Notes: generated by a model not told the origin, from the sequence alone. DNA of 64,000 nucleotides from an uncultured Actinomycetes bacterium (GCA_963813975.1 CAWFAP010000002.1:57876-121875), one strand, 5' to 3'; shown: positions 36,182-47,042, numbered from the stretch's first letter. Made by a program: numbers and translations.

Positions 36182-36604
36182 TCAGACGGTGGGCGACGAT
36201 GACCGCGGGTCGCGGCGGATTGGGTGATCGGCGGGGACTTCAACGAGAACGATCCGGACACCGTCGGGGTCCTCGATCCACATCTCGGTCAATCCCCACG
36301 GCTCCACGGCCGGTTCACGCAGAATGTGAACGCCCGCCGCGGCCAGCCGTTCATGCTCGGCGTGAACGTCCCGCACCTGGAGCCAGATCATCACCGCGTT
36401 CCCCGCAGCGCCCGCCGGGTGTCCGGAGACTTCCAGCAAGCCGGGGCCCAGGAAGAACACCACCCCGGGATTGGCCGGCGAGCCGAACTCGCGGTAGATC
36501 GCCAGACCCAGCACATCCCGGTAGAAATGGCGGCTTTCGGCCAGGTCGGCGGGGCGCAACAGGATCCGGCTACTCAGTACCTCCACGCCGCCATCCTTTC
36601 CCAT
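36182..36604 (-). CDS. VOC (glyoxalase/bleomycin-resistance) family protein
   Basis: Typical VOC motifs are FYRDVLGL and IEDPDGVRIVLVE. Confidence 0.85.
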   Translation of the reverse strand: MGKDGGVEVLSSRILLRPADLAESRHFYRDVLGLAIYREFGSPANPGVVFFLGPGLLEVSGHPAGAAGNAVMIWLQVRDVHAEHERLAAAGVHILREPAVEPWGLTEMWIEDPDGVRIVLVEVPADHPIRRDPRSSSPTV

Positions 36605-36965
36605 TCACGCAAATTCTGCGGCAACTACCCCTCAGCCCGGCGAGGAAACCGGGCCGCGCCAGGCGCACGGTGAGACCTCTCCGCGACACGATCGCCGGGC
36701 CAGCCGTCGGGGCACGAAGCATAGTCGTGGCGGCCAGCAGCGGACGTATTCCCCCGTGGTAGGCAACCAGGTGCCCCGGGCCGATCGGCCCGTAACGACC
36801 GGCCGAGCCGGGAGCAGGCCAGCGGCGAGTCCAGACCCGCCCGGGCGGGTCTGCGCGCTGGCTCTCTTGACAGCGGCCGCCTGTGCGGTGAATCCTCCGG
36901 AAGGATTCGCGGATAAGGCAGGGTTCGCATCGGCGCGTGACCCAGGCGGTCCGGCGGAGGTGGGG

Positions 36966-39900
36966 ATGACACGCTCGGCCCGTGGTCGCAGGCGCTTCGT
37001 CGGGGTTCTGGCCACATTAGCGACGGCGGGGGCGATGCTTCCGCTGGCTGCGGCCAGTGCGGAAGCCGCCACCACGACCAGGGCCCAGCCCAACGCGGGC
37101 AGCGTCGCCCCCGGCGGCCCCGGCACGCTGTCGTACTTCGATCTGGCCCGCAAAGACTGCCTGGGCACGGCCGCCGGCACGGCGTCGAAGGTCTGGTACA
37201 CGGTCGCCAACGGCGTGCTGTCGGACACCTACGAGCCCGCCATCGACAACACCAACGTGAGCACGTTGCAGTACGTCGTCACCGATGGCTCCACGTTCAC
37301 TGATCTGCAGACCAGGGACATGAGCTACACGGTCAGCGCGGATCCCACCGGCATGGCCTGCACGGTGACCGCAACCGACGCCGAGCACGGTTACCGGCTG
37401 ACCACCACGTACATCACTGATCCCGGCCGCGACACCGTGCTCATGCGCACGCGGCTGAGCGCCATGCCAGGCTCCGGAACCAACGTGTCCTCGCTGCACG
37501 TGTACGCGCGGCTGGACGCCCACGTCAATGGGAACGGCGGCGGGGGCAGCGATAACGCCGGCGCCAACAGCGGCGTCGTGACCACGTCGGGCGGATCGGC
37601 GATCCCGGTCGTCTCCAGCACCAACACGGTCACCAACGCCACCAACCGGACCTACGCGGTGCCGACCTACATGGCGCTGGCCGACAGCACCCGCGCGCCG
37701 CAGGCGAGCGTGGGCTACGCCGGAACCGCCAGCGACGGCCTCACCCAGCTGGACACCTCCCGCGCGCTGACCCCGTACACGTCCGCGCCGGACGGCCACA
37801 TCGTGGCGACCCAGGAGCTGGCGCCGGGGCCCGGCGGCACGCTGACGCTCGCCCTTGGTTTCGGCCGCACCCAGGCCGGCGCGGTCAGCACGGCCCAGGG
37901 CTCGCTCGGCAGCCCGTTCGCACTGAAAGAACTGAAGTACCTGGCCGGCTGGGTGGCGTACGACGCGAGCCTGAACCGGCCACCGGCCCACTACCCCGGG
38001 GAGCCGGCCAGCGCGACGGCCCGGCTGGTCGAGCACTACTACCAGTCCGCGAACGTGCTCAAGGCGAGCGAGGACAAGACCTTCCCCGGCGCGATCGTCG
38101 CCTCGCTGGCCAGCCCGTGGGGCCAGGCGGTACCGGCCGGGGCTGTCTCCGGTGGCCAGCCGGCCTACTTTGGCTCCTACCGCGAGGTGTTCTCCCGCGA
38201 CCTGTACGAGGCCTTCACCGGCCTGCTGACCGACGGCGACCTGGCCACGGCACGCGACGCCGTCCGGTTCCTGTTCGACCGCCAGCAGCTGGCGAACGGA
38301 GCCATGCCACGCAACTCGCTGCTCAACGGCAAGGCCGCCCCGGACACCGGCGGGCTCCAGCTGGACGAGGTCGCCTACCCGATCCTGATGGACTACCAGG
38401 CCGGCCTGAGCGGGGATGCGGCGCTGTGGACCGGCCACGTCCGCCCCGCGGCCGACTTCCTGGTCGCCCACGGGCCCTCGGACGGCAACGAACGGTGGGA
38501 AGAGCAGACCGGCTACTCACCCTCGACCATCGCGGCCGAGATCGCCGGGCTGACCGCGGCGTCTGCCATCGCCGCCAGCCACGGTGACCAGGCGCGGGCC
38601 CGGCTCTACCAGGCCACGGCCGACCACTTCCAGCGCAGCATCAAGTCCTGGGCCGTGACCACGACCGGCCCGGACGCGCCGCGCTACTTCATCAGGCTGT
38701 CCAAGACCGGTGACCCGAACGCGGCGATCAGCTACAGCCTCGGCAACGGCGGCCCCACGGTAGACCAGCGCCAGGTCATCGACGGCGGGTTCCAGGAGCT
38801 GGTCCGGCTCGGGGAACTGCCCGTCAGCGACCCGGACGTCCAGGCCTCGCTGGGCGTGCTGGACAAGCAGATATCGGTGAGCACGCCCAGCGGGACCGGC
38901 TACTACCGGTACGGCACGTCGGCCGCCAAAGGCAGCGCGGACGGCTACGGCGACTGCTACCAGCCGAGCCAGACCAAGTGCAAGCCGACGGGCGCGCCGT
39001 GGCCGCCCACCGACATCGGCACCGGCCACCTGTGGCCGGTGCTGTCCGGCGAGCGGGCCGAGAGCGACATCGCCGCCGGGCAGAGTTCCGGGGCCGCGAG
39101 CCTGCTGAACGCGATGATCAACTTCTCGTCGGGCGTCGGCCTGGTGCCCGAGCAGGCCTGGGAGGACCCGAACCTGCCGGCGTCGCCCTACGGCAGCGAC
39201 CCGGCGACCGCGTCGATCGGGTTCAGCGACGGCAAGGCCGCCGGATCGGCCTCGCCGCTGACCTGGGCCCAGGCCCAGGAACTGCGGCTGATCACGGGCC
39301 TCGGGACGGGCCGCACCGTCGAGACGCCGGCGGTCACGACGGCGCGCTACATCACCCACGGGGCGCCGGGTGCGCTGACGGTTACCCTCACCGCCCCCGC
39401 CTCCGGCGCGACGGTCGGATCCGCGACCACCACGGTCACCGGGACCACGTCGCCCGGCGCGTCGGTGGACATCGGATCGGCGGATACCACGACGGGGGCC
39501 GCCGCGTCCGTGACCAGCACAGTCGCGGCAGCGGACGGATCGTTCTCGGCGAAGGTCCCGGTCGGGTTCGGCAACGATGTCATCACCGCGACGGCCACCT
39601 CACCGGACGGGCGGAACACGGGATACGCACAGGTGGCCGTGACCGGGAATGTCACCGGAGGGACCACGGTCCTGAACGTCGCCGATCCGGCCGGTGACGA
39701 TAACGGGCCCGGCACCTACCTGTACCCGACCGCCCCGGACTTCCACCCGGGCGCATTTGACCTGACCGATTTCCAGGTGCTCAGCGACGGCACGACCGCG
39801 TATCTGCGGGTCAGCCTGGCCAACCTTGACCAGACCTTCGGTGCCGATTTCGGTGCCCAGCTCCTGGATGTCTACGTGCACACCCCGGGCGCTGGCCAGA

Positions 39901-40361
39901 CCTCGACCCAGGCCGCCTTCACGTCCCGCAACTACGCCATCGCCCCCGCGGGGGCCTGGAGCCAGCGAGTCGAGGTCCAGGGCTTCGCCGCCCCGGTGTG
40001 GGTGGACGCGAGCGGGAACGCGGTCGGCGCGGCGTCCATGCTGGTCGATGACGCGAGCCGGACGGTCACGATCGCGCTCCCGGAGGCCCAGTTCGGGACG
40101 CCGGGATCCGGCTGGGCGTTCAGCGTCGTGCTGACCGGGCAGGACGGGTTCAGCCCCGATCAGGCCCGGGCGTTCGCGCCCACTCCGCTGCCCTTCAGCT
40201 TCGGGGTGTGCGCGGCCGGCGGGCCGAGCCCGATCTGCGCGACGGGCCCCGGGACCGTCCCCAAGGCCATGGATGTCCTCACCCCGACGGGCGTGTCGCA
40301 GGCCACCGAGCTCGACCCCACCAAGGGCCCGGTGGTGATCCAGCCCGTGGCCGTGCCCTGA
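36966..40361 (+). CDS. secreted GH15 glucoamylase/glucodextranase with N-domain and glucodextranase-like C-terminal domains
   Basis: The leader is Tat-type: MTRSARGRRRFVGVLATLATAGAMLPLAAASA. The bacterial GH15 N-domain is present (SYFDLARKDCLG..WYTVANGVLSDTYEP), as is the catalytic block (YREVFSRDLYEAF..FDRQQLANGAMPRN). The C-terminal part reads GDDNGPGTYLYPT..FHPGAFDLTDFQV. Confidence 0.9.
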   Translation: MTRSARGRRRFVGVLATLATAGAMLPLAAASAEAATTTRAQPNAGSVAPGGPGTLSYFDLARKDCLGTAAGTASKVWYTVANGVLSDTYEPAIDNTNVSTLQYVVTDGSTFTDLQTRDMSYTVSADPTGMACTVTATDAEHGYRLTTTYITDPGRDTVLMRTRLSAMPGSGTNVSSLHVYARLDAHVNGNGGGGSDNAGANSGVVTTSGGSAIPVVSSTNTVTNATNRTYAVPTYMALADSTRAPQASVGYAGTASDGLTQLDTSRALTPYTSAPDGHIVATQELAPGPGGTLTLALGFGRTQAGAVSTAQGSLGSPFALKELKYLAGWVAYDASLNRPPAHYPGEPASATARLVEHYYQSANVLKASEDKTFPGAIVASLASPWGQAVPAGAVSGGQPAYFGSYREVFSRDLYEAFTGLLTDGDLATARDAVRFLFDRQQLANGAMPRNSLLNGKAAPDTGGLQLDEVAYPILMDYQAGLSGDAALWTGHVRPAADFLVAHGPSDGNERWEEQTGYSPSTIAAEIAGLTAASAIAASHGDQARARLYQATADHFQRSIKSWAVTTTGPDAPRYFIRLSKTGDPNAAISYSLGNGGPTVDQRQVIDGGFQELVRLGELPVSDPDVQASLGVLDKQISVSTPSGTGYYRYGTSAAKGSADGYGDCYQPSQTKCKPTGAPWPPTDIGTGHLWPVLSGERAESDIAAGQSSGAASLLNAMINFSSGVGLVPEQAWEDPNLPASPYGSDPATASIGFSDGKAAGSASPLTWAQAQELRLITGLGTGRTVETPAVTTARYITHGAPGALTVTLTAPASGATVGSATTTVTGTTSPGASVDIGSADTTTGAAASVTSTVAAADGSFSAKVPVGFGNDVITATATSPDGRNTGYAQVAVTGNVTGGTTVLNVADPAGDDNGPGTYLYPTAPDFHPGAFDLTDFQVLSDGTTAYLRVSLANLDQTFGADFGAQLLDVYVHTPGAGQTSTQAAFTSRNYAIAPAGAWSQRVEVQGFAAPVWVDASGNAVGAASMLVDDASRTVTIALPEAQFGTPGSGWAFSVVLTGQDGFSPDQARAFAPTPLPFSFGVCAAGGPSPICATGPGTVPKAMDVLTPTGVSQATELDPTKGPVVIQPVAVP

Positions 40362-40389
40362 GGAGGCGTGCGGCGCTCCCGGGCCACGC

Positions 40390-43149
40390 TCATGCCGGGT
40401 TCCACTTAGCCACGAATTCGGTGCGGTTCACGCATTGCGTCTTCGCGAGGATGCTGCGTACGTGTGACTCCACCGTCCGCTCCGACAGCACCAGCCGGGC
40501 TGCGATCTGGCGATTGGACAGCGCCTCGGTGAGCAGGGCGGCGACCTCGCGTTCCCGGCCGGTCAGCGGATCCGCTTGGTCGCGATCGGCGGCGAGCCGT
40601 GCCGCGAGCTGTCCGGCTGCCGTCACCGTGCCGGGCATGTCCAGCCGGGTCGCGATGTCGAGTGCATCCTGGGCCAGGATTGCGGCCTCGGCCATCTCGG
40701 TCCGGTCGCCGTCGCGCAGCAGGCGGGCTAGGCCGAGCGACGTTAGTGCCGTGTCCGGGTGCGCCCCGAGCGCGCGGTTACGCGGCAGGGCCTCGCGCAG
40801 CAGCTCGATGGCCGTTTCCCTGTCGCCGAAGGTCGTGGCCAGCTCACCGAGGTTACGGCTGATCGTTCCCGTGAAGTAGACGGTCGATGTGCCCAGCGCG
40901 CCAGGATAGGGCCGGAATGGCAGGAGCTGCCGGTAGACGATCTCGGCGGTCGCCGCATCGTTGAACTGCTGAATGAGCTCGACCATCTGGGTGAGCAGCG
41001 CGGCCCACGCCGGATGCTCGGCCGGGACCGGCAGCAGACCGCACAACGTGTCGTAGATGCTCCGCGCCTCGCGCAGTGAACCGGTCAGCGCCAGCACGTT
41101 CGCGCGCTCGATGTCGACGAGCGGCATCGACGGGGCCGCGGCCAGCGCTTCCCGGTAGCCTTCGGGCAGATAGGCCGCCCCGCCGCGGATCACAGCCAGC
41201 CGGATGCCGTGAGCGAAGTGCATGGACATGGCGACGGCGTCACCCGAGTCGCGGGCTATCGCGAGCGCGCGGTGACTGTGGTCGATGGACTCGGCGAACT
41301 GGCCGGTCAGGATGGTCCGGCTCGCATGCAGCCGGTGCAGGTGCCAGCGCGCCAGCGGCAGGGCGGACCGGCGGGTGAGGCGTTCGATGGCCGTGACCGC
41401 GGTGTCGACGACGTCAAGCCGGGCCCGCAAGTAGGCCGCGTGGATCCGCCACTCGTGCCCCATCAGCGCGGCGAGCGGCTGCGCGAGCGCCTCCGCCCGA
41501 TCGGCCACCAGGTCACCAAGCCGCATACGCTCTTCCGTGTCATCGGGGTGCACGAGCGTCATCTCGCGTGCGTGCGCGGCCTCGATCTCGGCCAGTGGAT
41601 CTCCGCTCTGCGCGGCGAGGGCCAGCGACTCGCGGGCCAGCGCCTCGGCCCGCGAGACACGGCCGGATTCGGCCTCCACCGTGGCCATCTGGGCGAGGAC
41701 ACGAGCCCGGAGATCAGGCCGGAGAGCCGGATCCGCCAGCGCTCGTCGGCACAGGCGCGTGAGCACGTCCGTGGCCTGCGGGTAGGTCACGTTCTGCAGC
41801 ACGAGCGCGCTGCGCGCCACGAGGTCCCCCCGGCCCGCACCGGCGGCCGCATCCGCCGCGTCGGAGCAGCGTTCCAGGGATATGTCGTACCGGCCGGCCA
41901 GGTACTCGGCGTGGGCCAATTCGATCAGCACTTCGGCCCGCTCGGCGCGGTCACCCTCCACCCAGGACATGTCGGCCAGTGCGTCGGACAGCAGCCGGGC
42001 GGCGTCATCGTACGCCTGGGCCGACCGCGCCTGGGTCGCTGCCCGGCGGGCCCACTGCGCCGCCTTCCGGCGTGTCCCGGGATCGGTGCCCGCGTACCGC
42101 CAGTGCGCCGCGATGCGGCCGGCCCGGTCGGCATCTGGTGACGACTCGAGCGCAAGCGCAGCGGCGCGGTGCAGCGCCCGGGCGGTCGCCGGCTCGAGAC
42201 GATCGACGATGACGTCGCGGACGAGGGCGTGGGCGAAGCGGTAGCGCCGGGTGGCGGTGCCGACCGCCAGCAACCCGCCGCGCCACGCTGCGGCCAGGGC
42301 ATCGGCGATGCCTTCGTCGTGCCACGCGCCCGCACCGGCCGCCGCGTCGCCGAAGCGGCCGGTGGCGACGGCCGCCAGCATGTGCTCGTCGATGTTCTCG
42401 CCGAGGACGGCGGCCGCCTCGATGACCGCGCGCTGCGCCGGCGTCAGGGCGGCCAGCAGGCCGCTGACGACCGCAGTGAGACCGGCCGACCCGTACCCGG
42501 CCCGGACGGCGGCCACCAGCAGCGGCAGGCCACCGGTGCGCTCGTGCACCTCGGACGCCTCAGCCGGATCCACCAGCTCAGCGACCTCGTCACGGGTGAA
42601 CGGCTCGAGCGTGAGCGTCAGGGCGCCGTACCGGCTGAGGCCGGCGAGGCGGACGGCGACGTCCGGTGGCGCGGGGGACCGCGCGGTGCCGATGATGATG
42701 ATCTGGGTGCCGGCCGCGACCGCCCCGACCTGAGCGAGCAGGTCCAGGGATGCGGCATCGGCCCAGTGCAGGTCTTCGAGCACCACCGCCAGCGGGCCAG
42801 CCGCGATCAAGGCGTCGCTCATCTGCGCAAGCGCAGCGAACCGGGCAGACGCGGCCGCCGCTGGCTCGATATCGGGTTCGTGGGCGATTTCCACACCGGC
42901 TTGCTTCAGCGCGGCGCGCCACGGCCACAGCGGCGGCGCCGACTCGGCGAGGCAGTACCCGCGGACGACCGCGGGTGCCGCGGCGTCCCGGACGGCGCGA
43001 TCGACGAGCGTGGTCTTACCGACGCCAGCCGGGCCGCTGATGAGCAGGATGCCGCCGGTTGGACGGTCCCGCGCGGCCAGGTGGGCAGCCAGGGCGCTGA
43101 GCTCACGGCCCCGGCCGACGAACGCGACACCTGGTGCGACGGCGGACAC
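40390..43149 (-). CDS. large ATP-binding LuxR-family regulator (LAL/MalT-like)
   Basis: A Walker A motif (ISGPAGVGKTTL) is at the N-terminus, followed by a long TPR-like helical middle. The C-terminal LuxR HTH is LTGREREVAALLTEALSNRQIAARLVLSERTVESHV. Confidence 0.9.
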   Translation of the reverse strand: MSAVAPGVAFVGRGRELSALAAHLAARDRPTGGILLISGPAGVGKTTLVDRAVRDAAAPAVVRGYCLAESAPPLWPWRAALKQAGVEIAHEPDIEPAAAASARFAALAQMSDALIAAGPLAVVLEDLHWADAASLDLLAQVGAVAAGTQIIIIGTARSPAPPDVAVRLAGLSRYGALTLTLEPFTRDEVAELVDPAEASEVHERTGGLPLLVAAVRAGYGSAGLTAVVSGLLAALTPAQRAVIEAAAVLGENIDEHMLAAVATGRFGDAAAGAGAWHDEGIADALAAAWRGGLLAVGTATRRYRFAHALVRDVIVDRLEPATARALHRAAALALESSPDADRAGRIAAHWRYAGTDPGTRRKAAQWARRAATQARSAQAYDDAARLLSDALADMSWVEGDRAERAEVLIELAHAEYLAGRYDISLERCSDAADAAAGAGRGDLVARSALVLQNVTYPQATDVLTRLCRRALADPALRPDLRARVLAQMATVEAESGRVSRAEALARESLALAAQSGDPLAEIEAAHAREMTLVHPDDTEERMRLGDLVADRAEALAQPLAALMGHEWRIHAAYLRARLDVVDTAVTAIERLTRRSALPLARWHLHRLHASRTILTGQFAESIDHSHRALAIARDSGDAVAMSMHFAHGIRLAVIRGGAAYLPEGYREALAAAPSMPLVDIERANVLALTGSLREARSIYDTLCGLLPVPAEHPAWAALLTQMVELIQQFNDAATAEIVYRQLLPFRPYPGALGTSTVYFTGTISRNLGELATTFGDRETAIELLREALPRNRALGAHPDTALTSLGLARLLRDGDRTEMAEAAILAQDALDIATRLDMPGTVTAAGQLAARLAADRDQADPLTGREREVAALLTEALSNRQIAARLVLSERTVESHVRSILAKTQCVNRTEFVAKWNPA

Positions 43150-43246
43150 TGGTCCAGTATCGCGCAGGCCCGGGTACCGGTTTCAGTGCCGCAGTTCAGT
43201 AGTGGCACGGATGTGACGGACCGGGCCGGACGCGACGCTGGCGGGC

Positions 43247-43795
43247 ATGGATATCTCCGTACACGCACAGCCCAACGCCCACCCCGTCAAGACCGAGTGG
43301 GTGGACGACGCCCTCGCGGGCGCGAACGCCGCCGGGGACCCCCTCGGCGCACTGGTCGGGCGGCCATTGGCCCCCGGCGATGGAATCATGCTGGTCGGAT
43401 GGGCCGAGGCCGGGCCCGGCCGGTATCACGTGATCGAAAGCCATCCCCGTCTCGGCCCAGGACCAGCTACGTACATGCAGGTCGTGGACTTCTTCGGTCC
43501 TCGTAGTGACGAATGGGCCGCTGCCGAGCAGCGGGCCGCGGCGGGGCGTCTGGCCCCGGCTACCGACGGCATTCCCGGCATCGTCTCGGTGACGCGACTG
43601 CGCGCCGCGGACAACGCCTGCATGGTGGTCGTCCTCGCGGAGAGCATGGATTCGTTCGACCTGGCGTCGCAGGCGATCATGTCCACCGACCTGCTGCCCG
43701 GCGAGGATCCGTCGCTCCTCGGCGGTCCCGACCGAGTCAGCTTCTACCGGCTGGTCCACGCCGACCTGCCGCTCACCGAAGGGAGCCGGGCATGA
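43247..43795 (+). CDS. hypothetical protein
   Basis: Third-position bias is good, and the stop overlaps the YceI start (ATGA at 43792-43795). No family was recognised. Confidence 0.6.
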   Translation: MDISVHAQPNAHPVKTEWVDDALAGANAAGDPLGALVGRPLAPGDGIMLVGWAEAGPGRYHVIESHPRLGPGPATYMQVVDFFGPRSDEWAAAEQRAAAGRLAPATDGIPGIVSVTRLRAADNACMVVVLAESMDSFDLASQAIMSTDLLPGEDPSLLGGPDRVSFYRLVHADLPLTEGSRA

Positions 43796-44313
43796 CCACG
43801 ACGGTCTTGGTCGGCGCCGGGACATGGACGGTCAACCTCGCGCACACCCGGGCCGCGTTCGCTGCGCGCCACCTCTTCGGGCAGACGGTGCACGGGACGA
43901 TCGACGTCACGAGCGGGACGATCGGCGTCGATACGGATGGGCGGCCCCGGCGGTTCCATGCGACGCTGGGCCCCGCGTCGATCGATACCGGCAACGCCCG
44001 CCGGGACGGCGACCTGCGCGGCAAGCGCTTCCTCGATGTTGAAACATGGCCCCTCATGGAGGTCGCCGCCGACCGGATCGAGGCGACCCCCAGCGGCTGG
44101 CGCACCGGGGCAGTGCTCCGCGTGCGCGGATGCGAAGCGCCGTTGCGCGTTGAGGCCACGCTGGACGGTCCCGCGGCCGCTTCCCGCCTGCGGGTGAGCG
44201 GCACGGCCCGGCTGGACCTGCGCAGCGCCGGCATCCGGGTGCCTGGATTGCTGGTCCGCCGGTTCGTCAACCTCTCGATTTCAGCCCAGCTCACGCGGGA
44301 ACGGCCGCTCTAG
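43792..44313 (+). CDS. YceI-family protein
   Basis: The YceI pattern is present: ..F.ARHLFGQTVHGT....G.I..D......ASIDTGNARRDGDLRGKRFLDVETWP. Confidence 0.85.
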   Translation: MTTTVLVGAGTWTVNLAHTRAAFAARHLFGQTVHGTIDVTSGTIGVDTDGRPRRFHATLGPASIDTGNARRDGDLRGKRFLDVETWPLMEVAADRIEATPSGWRTGAVLRVRGCEAPLRVEATLDGPAAASRLRVSGTARLDLRSAGIRVPGLLVRRFVNLSISAQLTRERPL

Positions 44314-44482
44314 CCGAGCCGTAGAGATAGCCGCGAAGGCACGTGGCCGGAGAACATGGCGCGGGGGTACCCCGGTGACGCCCGGACGGCCTTCGGCCCT
44401 TCTGCTCAGCGGGTGCCACCGCCTCAGCCGCCTTCACCGGCGCGCCGGTGCCGGATGAGCGTCCGGCACCGGTGCGGCCCGC

Positions 44483-45547
44483 TTAGCCCAGCACGTGGGA
44501 CAGCAACGTCCGGCGGTTGTGCGTGGAGGTCTTCGCGAAGATCGACTTGAGGTGGTCCTGAACGGTGTGCTCGGACAGGAACATCCGGCCAGCGAGTTCC
44601 CGGGTGTCGGCTCCGGTTACGAGATGGCTGAGCAACTCGCTCTCGCGCGCACTCAAGCCGGATGCCCGCGCAAACAGGGTGACCCGTTCGGGCGGCGTTG
44701 TCTCCTCTATCGTGACGGCAATATCGCTGTCCGCAATGGCCCCGGCGCGGCCGATCCGGGCCGCCCGGAGCGTCACCCACACGCCATTGGACATATGCAC
44801 GCGAGCCCACGGCGGGTTCGTGTCGATACCCGCCTCGACGGCCAGCAACTGCGCGGCCACGTTGTACGCACTCGCGGGGATCGGCGGGCGGTCTTCCGCG
44901 GGAGGGACAAGTATCCGCAGGTACTCCTGCGTCTCGGGAGTCTGGCGGAGCACCTCGAGGGCAGGGGACAGCAGCAGCACAACCGGTCCCGGCCGGCGTG
45001 TGCCCCGCGAGCCACGGCCGCCTTCGAAGGCGTAGGCCTGGCTGCGGCGCAGGGCTGACGTCACGGGCCCGGCAATATCACCCAGGAAAGCGGCGTCGGC
45101 CGGGCCAAACCGCTCCGAGGTGCCCGATCTCCACAGATCAAGGAAGCCCCAGCAGCCGAACCGGTCCCTGAAGACGAGTGACGCCACGTCGTTGACGCCG
45201 TACCCGCGCAGCAGGTCGTGCCACAGCAGGCTCCGTGACCGGTCGCCGCCCGTCGCTTCGTGCAGCAGCGCCACCGGGGCGCCGCGCAGCGACGTCCACC
45301 GGTTGATCGCGGTGAGGTACTTCAGGGCGATCAGCCGGGGTAGCTCCGGAAGGCACGGGACATCAGCCAGCGGCGCGGAACCGACCGACGTCTCAGGGTC
45401 GGTCAGCAGCCAGGCGTAGGCGTCGAAGCCCACCGCACGGCGGATTTCCTCGAGGAGCCGCAGTCGCAGCGTCCTGGCGTCGGTGGCGGAATCGCAGATC
45501 TGAACCACCCGCTCCCGCGACCTCGCGGATCCTGCCGGCGTGGCCAT
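44483..45547 (-). CDS. LuxR-family transcriptional regulator with N-terminal sensory (GAF-like) region
   Basis: The C-terminal HTH is LSARESELLSHLVTGADTRELAGRMFLSEHTVQDHLKSIF. Confidence 0.85.
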   Translation of the reverse strand: MATPAGSARSRERVVQICDSATDARTLRLRLLEEIRRAVGFDAYAWLLTDPETSVGSAPLADVPCLPELPRLIALKYLTAINRWTSLRGAPVALLHEATGGDRSRSLLWHDLLRGYGVNDVASLVFRDRFGCWGFLDLWRSGTSERFGPADAAFLGDIAGPVTSALRRSQAYAFEGGRGSRGTRRPGPVVLLLSPALEVLRQTPETQEYLRILVPPAEDRPPIPASAYNVAAQLLAVEAGIDTNPPWARVHMSNGVWVTLRAARIGRAGAIADSDIAVTIEETTPPERVTLFARASGLSARESELLSHLVTGADTRELAGRMFLSEHTVQDHLKSIFAKTSTHNRRTLLSHVLG

Positions 45548-45684
45548 GCCTGGAGGTTACGCGCACCAGAGCCAGGGGACCGTGCAGCTCGGTACCCAAG
45601 ACCCCAGGGTCCTGGGATAGGCAGCCCCCGGCGGGGGCTTCTAGCGTCGGACCAGACAGCAGCCCAGCTCATCCGGGAGTCACC

Positions 45685-45975
45685 ATGCCAACTCTGCACA
45701 TCGAGCACGCCGTCACCGATTTCGGCGCCTGGAGCGCCGCCTTCAGCCGCTTCGCCGAGGTCCGGCAGCAGGCCGGGGTACGCCAGCAGCACGTCCGGCG
45801 GCCCGCCGGCGACCCGAACTATGTCGTGATCGACCTCGATTTCGACACCGTCGATGAGGCGGCCGGTTTCCTCCGCTTCCTGCAAGCCAAGGTCTGGACC
45901 TCCAGCGCCAGTTCCCCCGCCCTGATCGGTACCCCGCAAACCAGAATCCTCGAACTCGCCGAGCCCATCTCGTAG
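45685..45975 (+). CDS. hypothetical small protein
   Basis: This is a 96-aa ORF with good codon bias. No family was recognised. Confidence 0.6.
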   Translation: MPTLHIEHAVTDFGAWSAAFSRFAEVRQQAGVRQQHVRRPAGDPNYVVIDLDFDTVDEAAGFLRFLQAKVWTSSASSPALIGTPQTRILELAEPIS

Positions 45976-46079
45976 GGCCGAGTGGGCCGCTAGCCCGGGT
46001 GCCGACTGACTGTCGGCGGTCGGTGGTAGACCACCAGCAATGGGCAAACGGGCGGGGGAGTGCCGTGGACTGGTCGGAG

Positions 46080-46604
46080 ATGACCCGGGCCCAGCCCCGC
46101 CTGGCTGGGCTTGGCCAGCGGCGCTTGCTGGATCCGGGTGTGGTGCTGGTAGCCACGATCCGCCGGGACGGCACGCCCCGGCTCAGCCCCGTCGAGCCGT
46201 TCGTGCTCGAGGGCATCTTGTGGCTGTCCATGCTCTGGGGCTCCAGGAAGGCCGCCGACCTGCTGCGCGACCCGCGCATCCTGGTGCACAGCACCGTCAC
46301 CGGCCGGGATGGCGGGGAGGGCGAGTTCAAGATCCGCGGCATCGCGCGGGCGGAGGGCGACCGCGATGCCCAGCACCGGTACGCCAGCGCGGTGGCGGCC
46401 AGCCTGGGATGGAGACCGGAGCCTGGCCGGTTCCACCTGTTCGCGGTCGGCATCCAGCAGGTGACCTTCATCCGCTATGACGACGCCACCGGGGACCAGC
46501 ACGTCGCCACGTGGCCACCAGCCTGCGAGTACATCCGCCGCGGCACCTCCGCCACCAGCGTGGGAGACCCGGAGCCGGTCAGCAGCATCCTGGTCCCCGG
46601 CTAA
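46080..46604 (+). CDS. pyridoxamine 5'-phosphate oxidase-family (FMN/F420-binding split-barrel) protein
   Basis: The pattern is LATIRRDGTPRLSPVEP......L....GSRKAADLLRDPR. The start is uncertain (ATG at 46080). Confidence 0.75.
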   Translation: MTRAQPRLAGLGQRRLLDPGVVLVATIRRDGTPRLSPVEPFVLEGILWLSMLWGSRKAADLLRDPRILVHSTVTGRDGGEGEFKIRGIARAEGDRDAQHRYASAVAASLGWRPEPGRFHLFAVGIQQVTFIRYDDATGDQHVATWPPACEYIRRGTSATSVGDPEPVSSILVPG

Positions 46605-46843
46605 CCGCCAAGGCGCGGCGCGCCAACCGCGTGAGCCCAGTCCCGGGGGTTGTCCCCGGTGAGGGAGGTGAGGGGGCCGTTGAACCAGTGACCGCGCGGG
46701 CACCGGATTTTCGCGCTGCGCAGGGGTCCCTCAGTTGACTCCACGGTGTACTCGTACTCCACCTCAGCCGGAAGCCCGCACCGTGTCGTCCCCCGGCTAT
46801 CCATATACGCCGGGCAGTCCAGCAGCATCACAGTGGTTTCCAT
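46601..46843 (-). CDS. hypothetical small Cys/His (zinc-ribbon-like) protein
   Basis: The sequence is METTVMLLDCPAYMDSRGTTRCGLPAEV...IRCPRGHWF, with a CP..C ... CPRGH spacing. Confidence 0.5.
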   Translation of the reverse strand: METTVMLLDCPAYMDSRGTTRCGLPAEVEYEYTVESTEGPLRSAKIRCPRGHWFNGPLTSLTGDNPRDWAHAVGAPRLGG

Positions 46844-47042
46844 CGACAGCCCCCGTTCATGGTGTGGCCCGGCCGGACGGCCGGGACGGGGCAATCGCCC
46901 CGGGCGGATCGTTCAGCCGGCTCGCCACCGGCACCCGACTGCAGGCCGCCCCGGCAGGAGAGAGCACCGGGCCGCGCCGCTGATACACCGGGCCGGGCGG
47001 CGGAACCCGCGGCGGCCGGATGTGGGGGCCTATCCTCGTGAT

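Noticed and set aside
35722-36261. A 179-aa minus-strand ORF spanning the AT-rich spacer upstream of the MbtH gene.
   Set aside because: The translation is Ser/Thr/Arg/Pro-rich noise. It crosses an AT-rich promoter-like region and is off-frame relative to the only segment with real coding bias (36023-36151).
36966-43149. The GH15 glucodextranase plus LAL regulator pair as a novel system.
   Set aside because: A secreted alpha-glucan hydrolase next to a MalT-like large LuxR regulator is a common, well-understood arrangement in actinomycetes. Nothing unusual was seen beyond the Tat-type leader.
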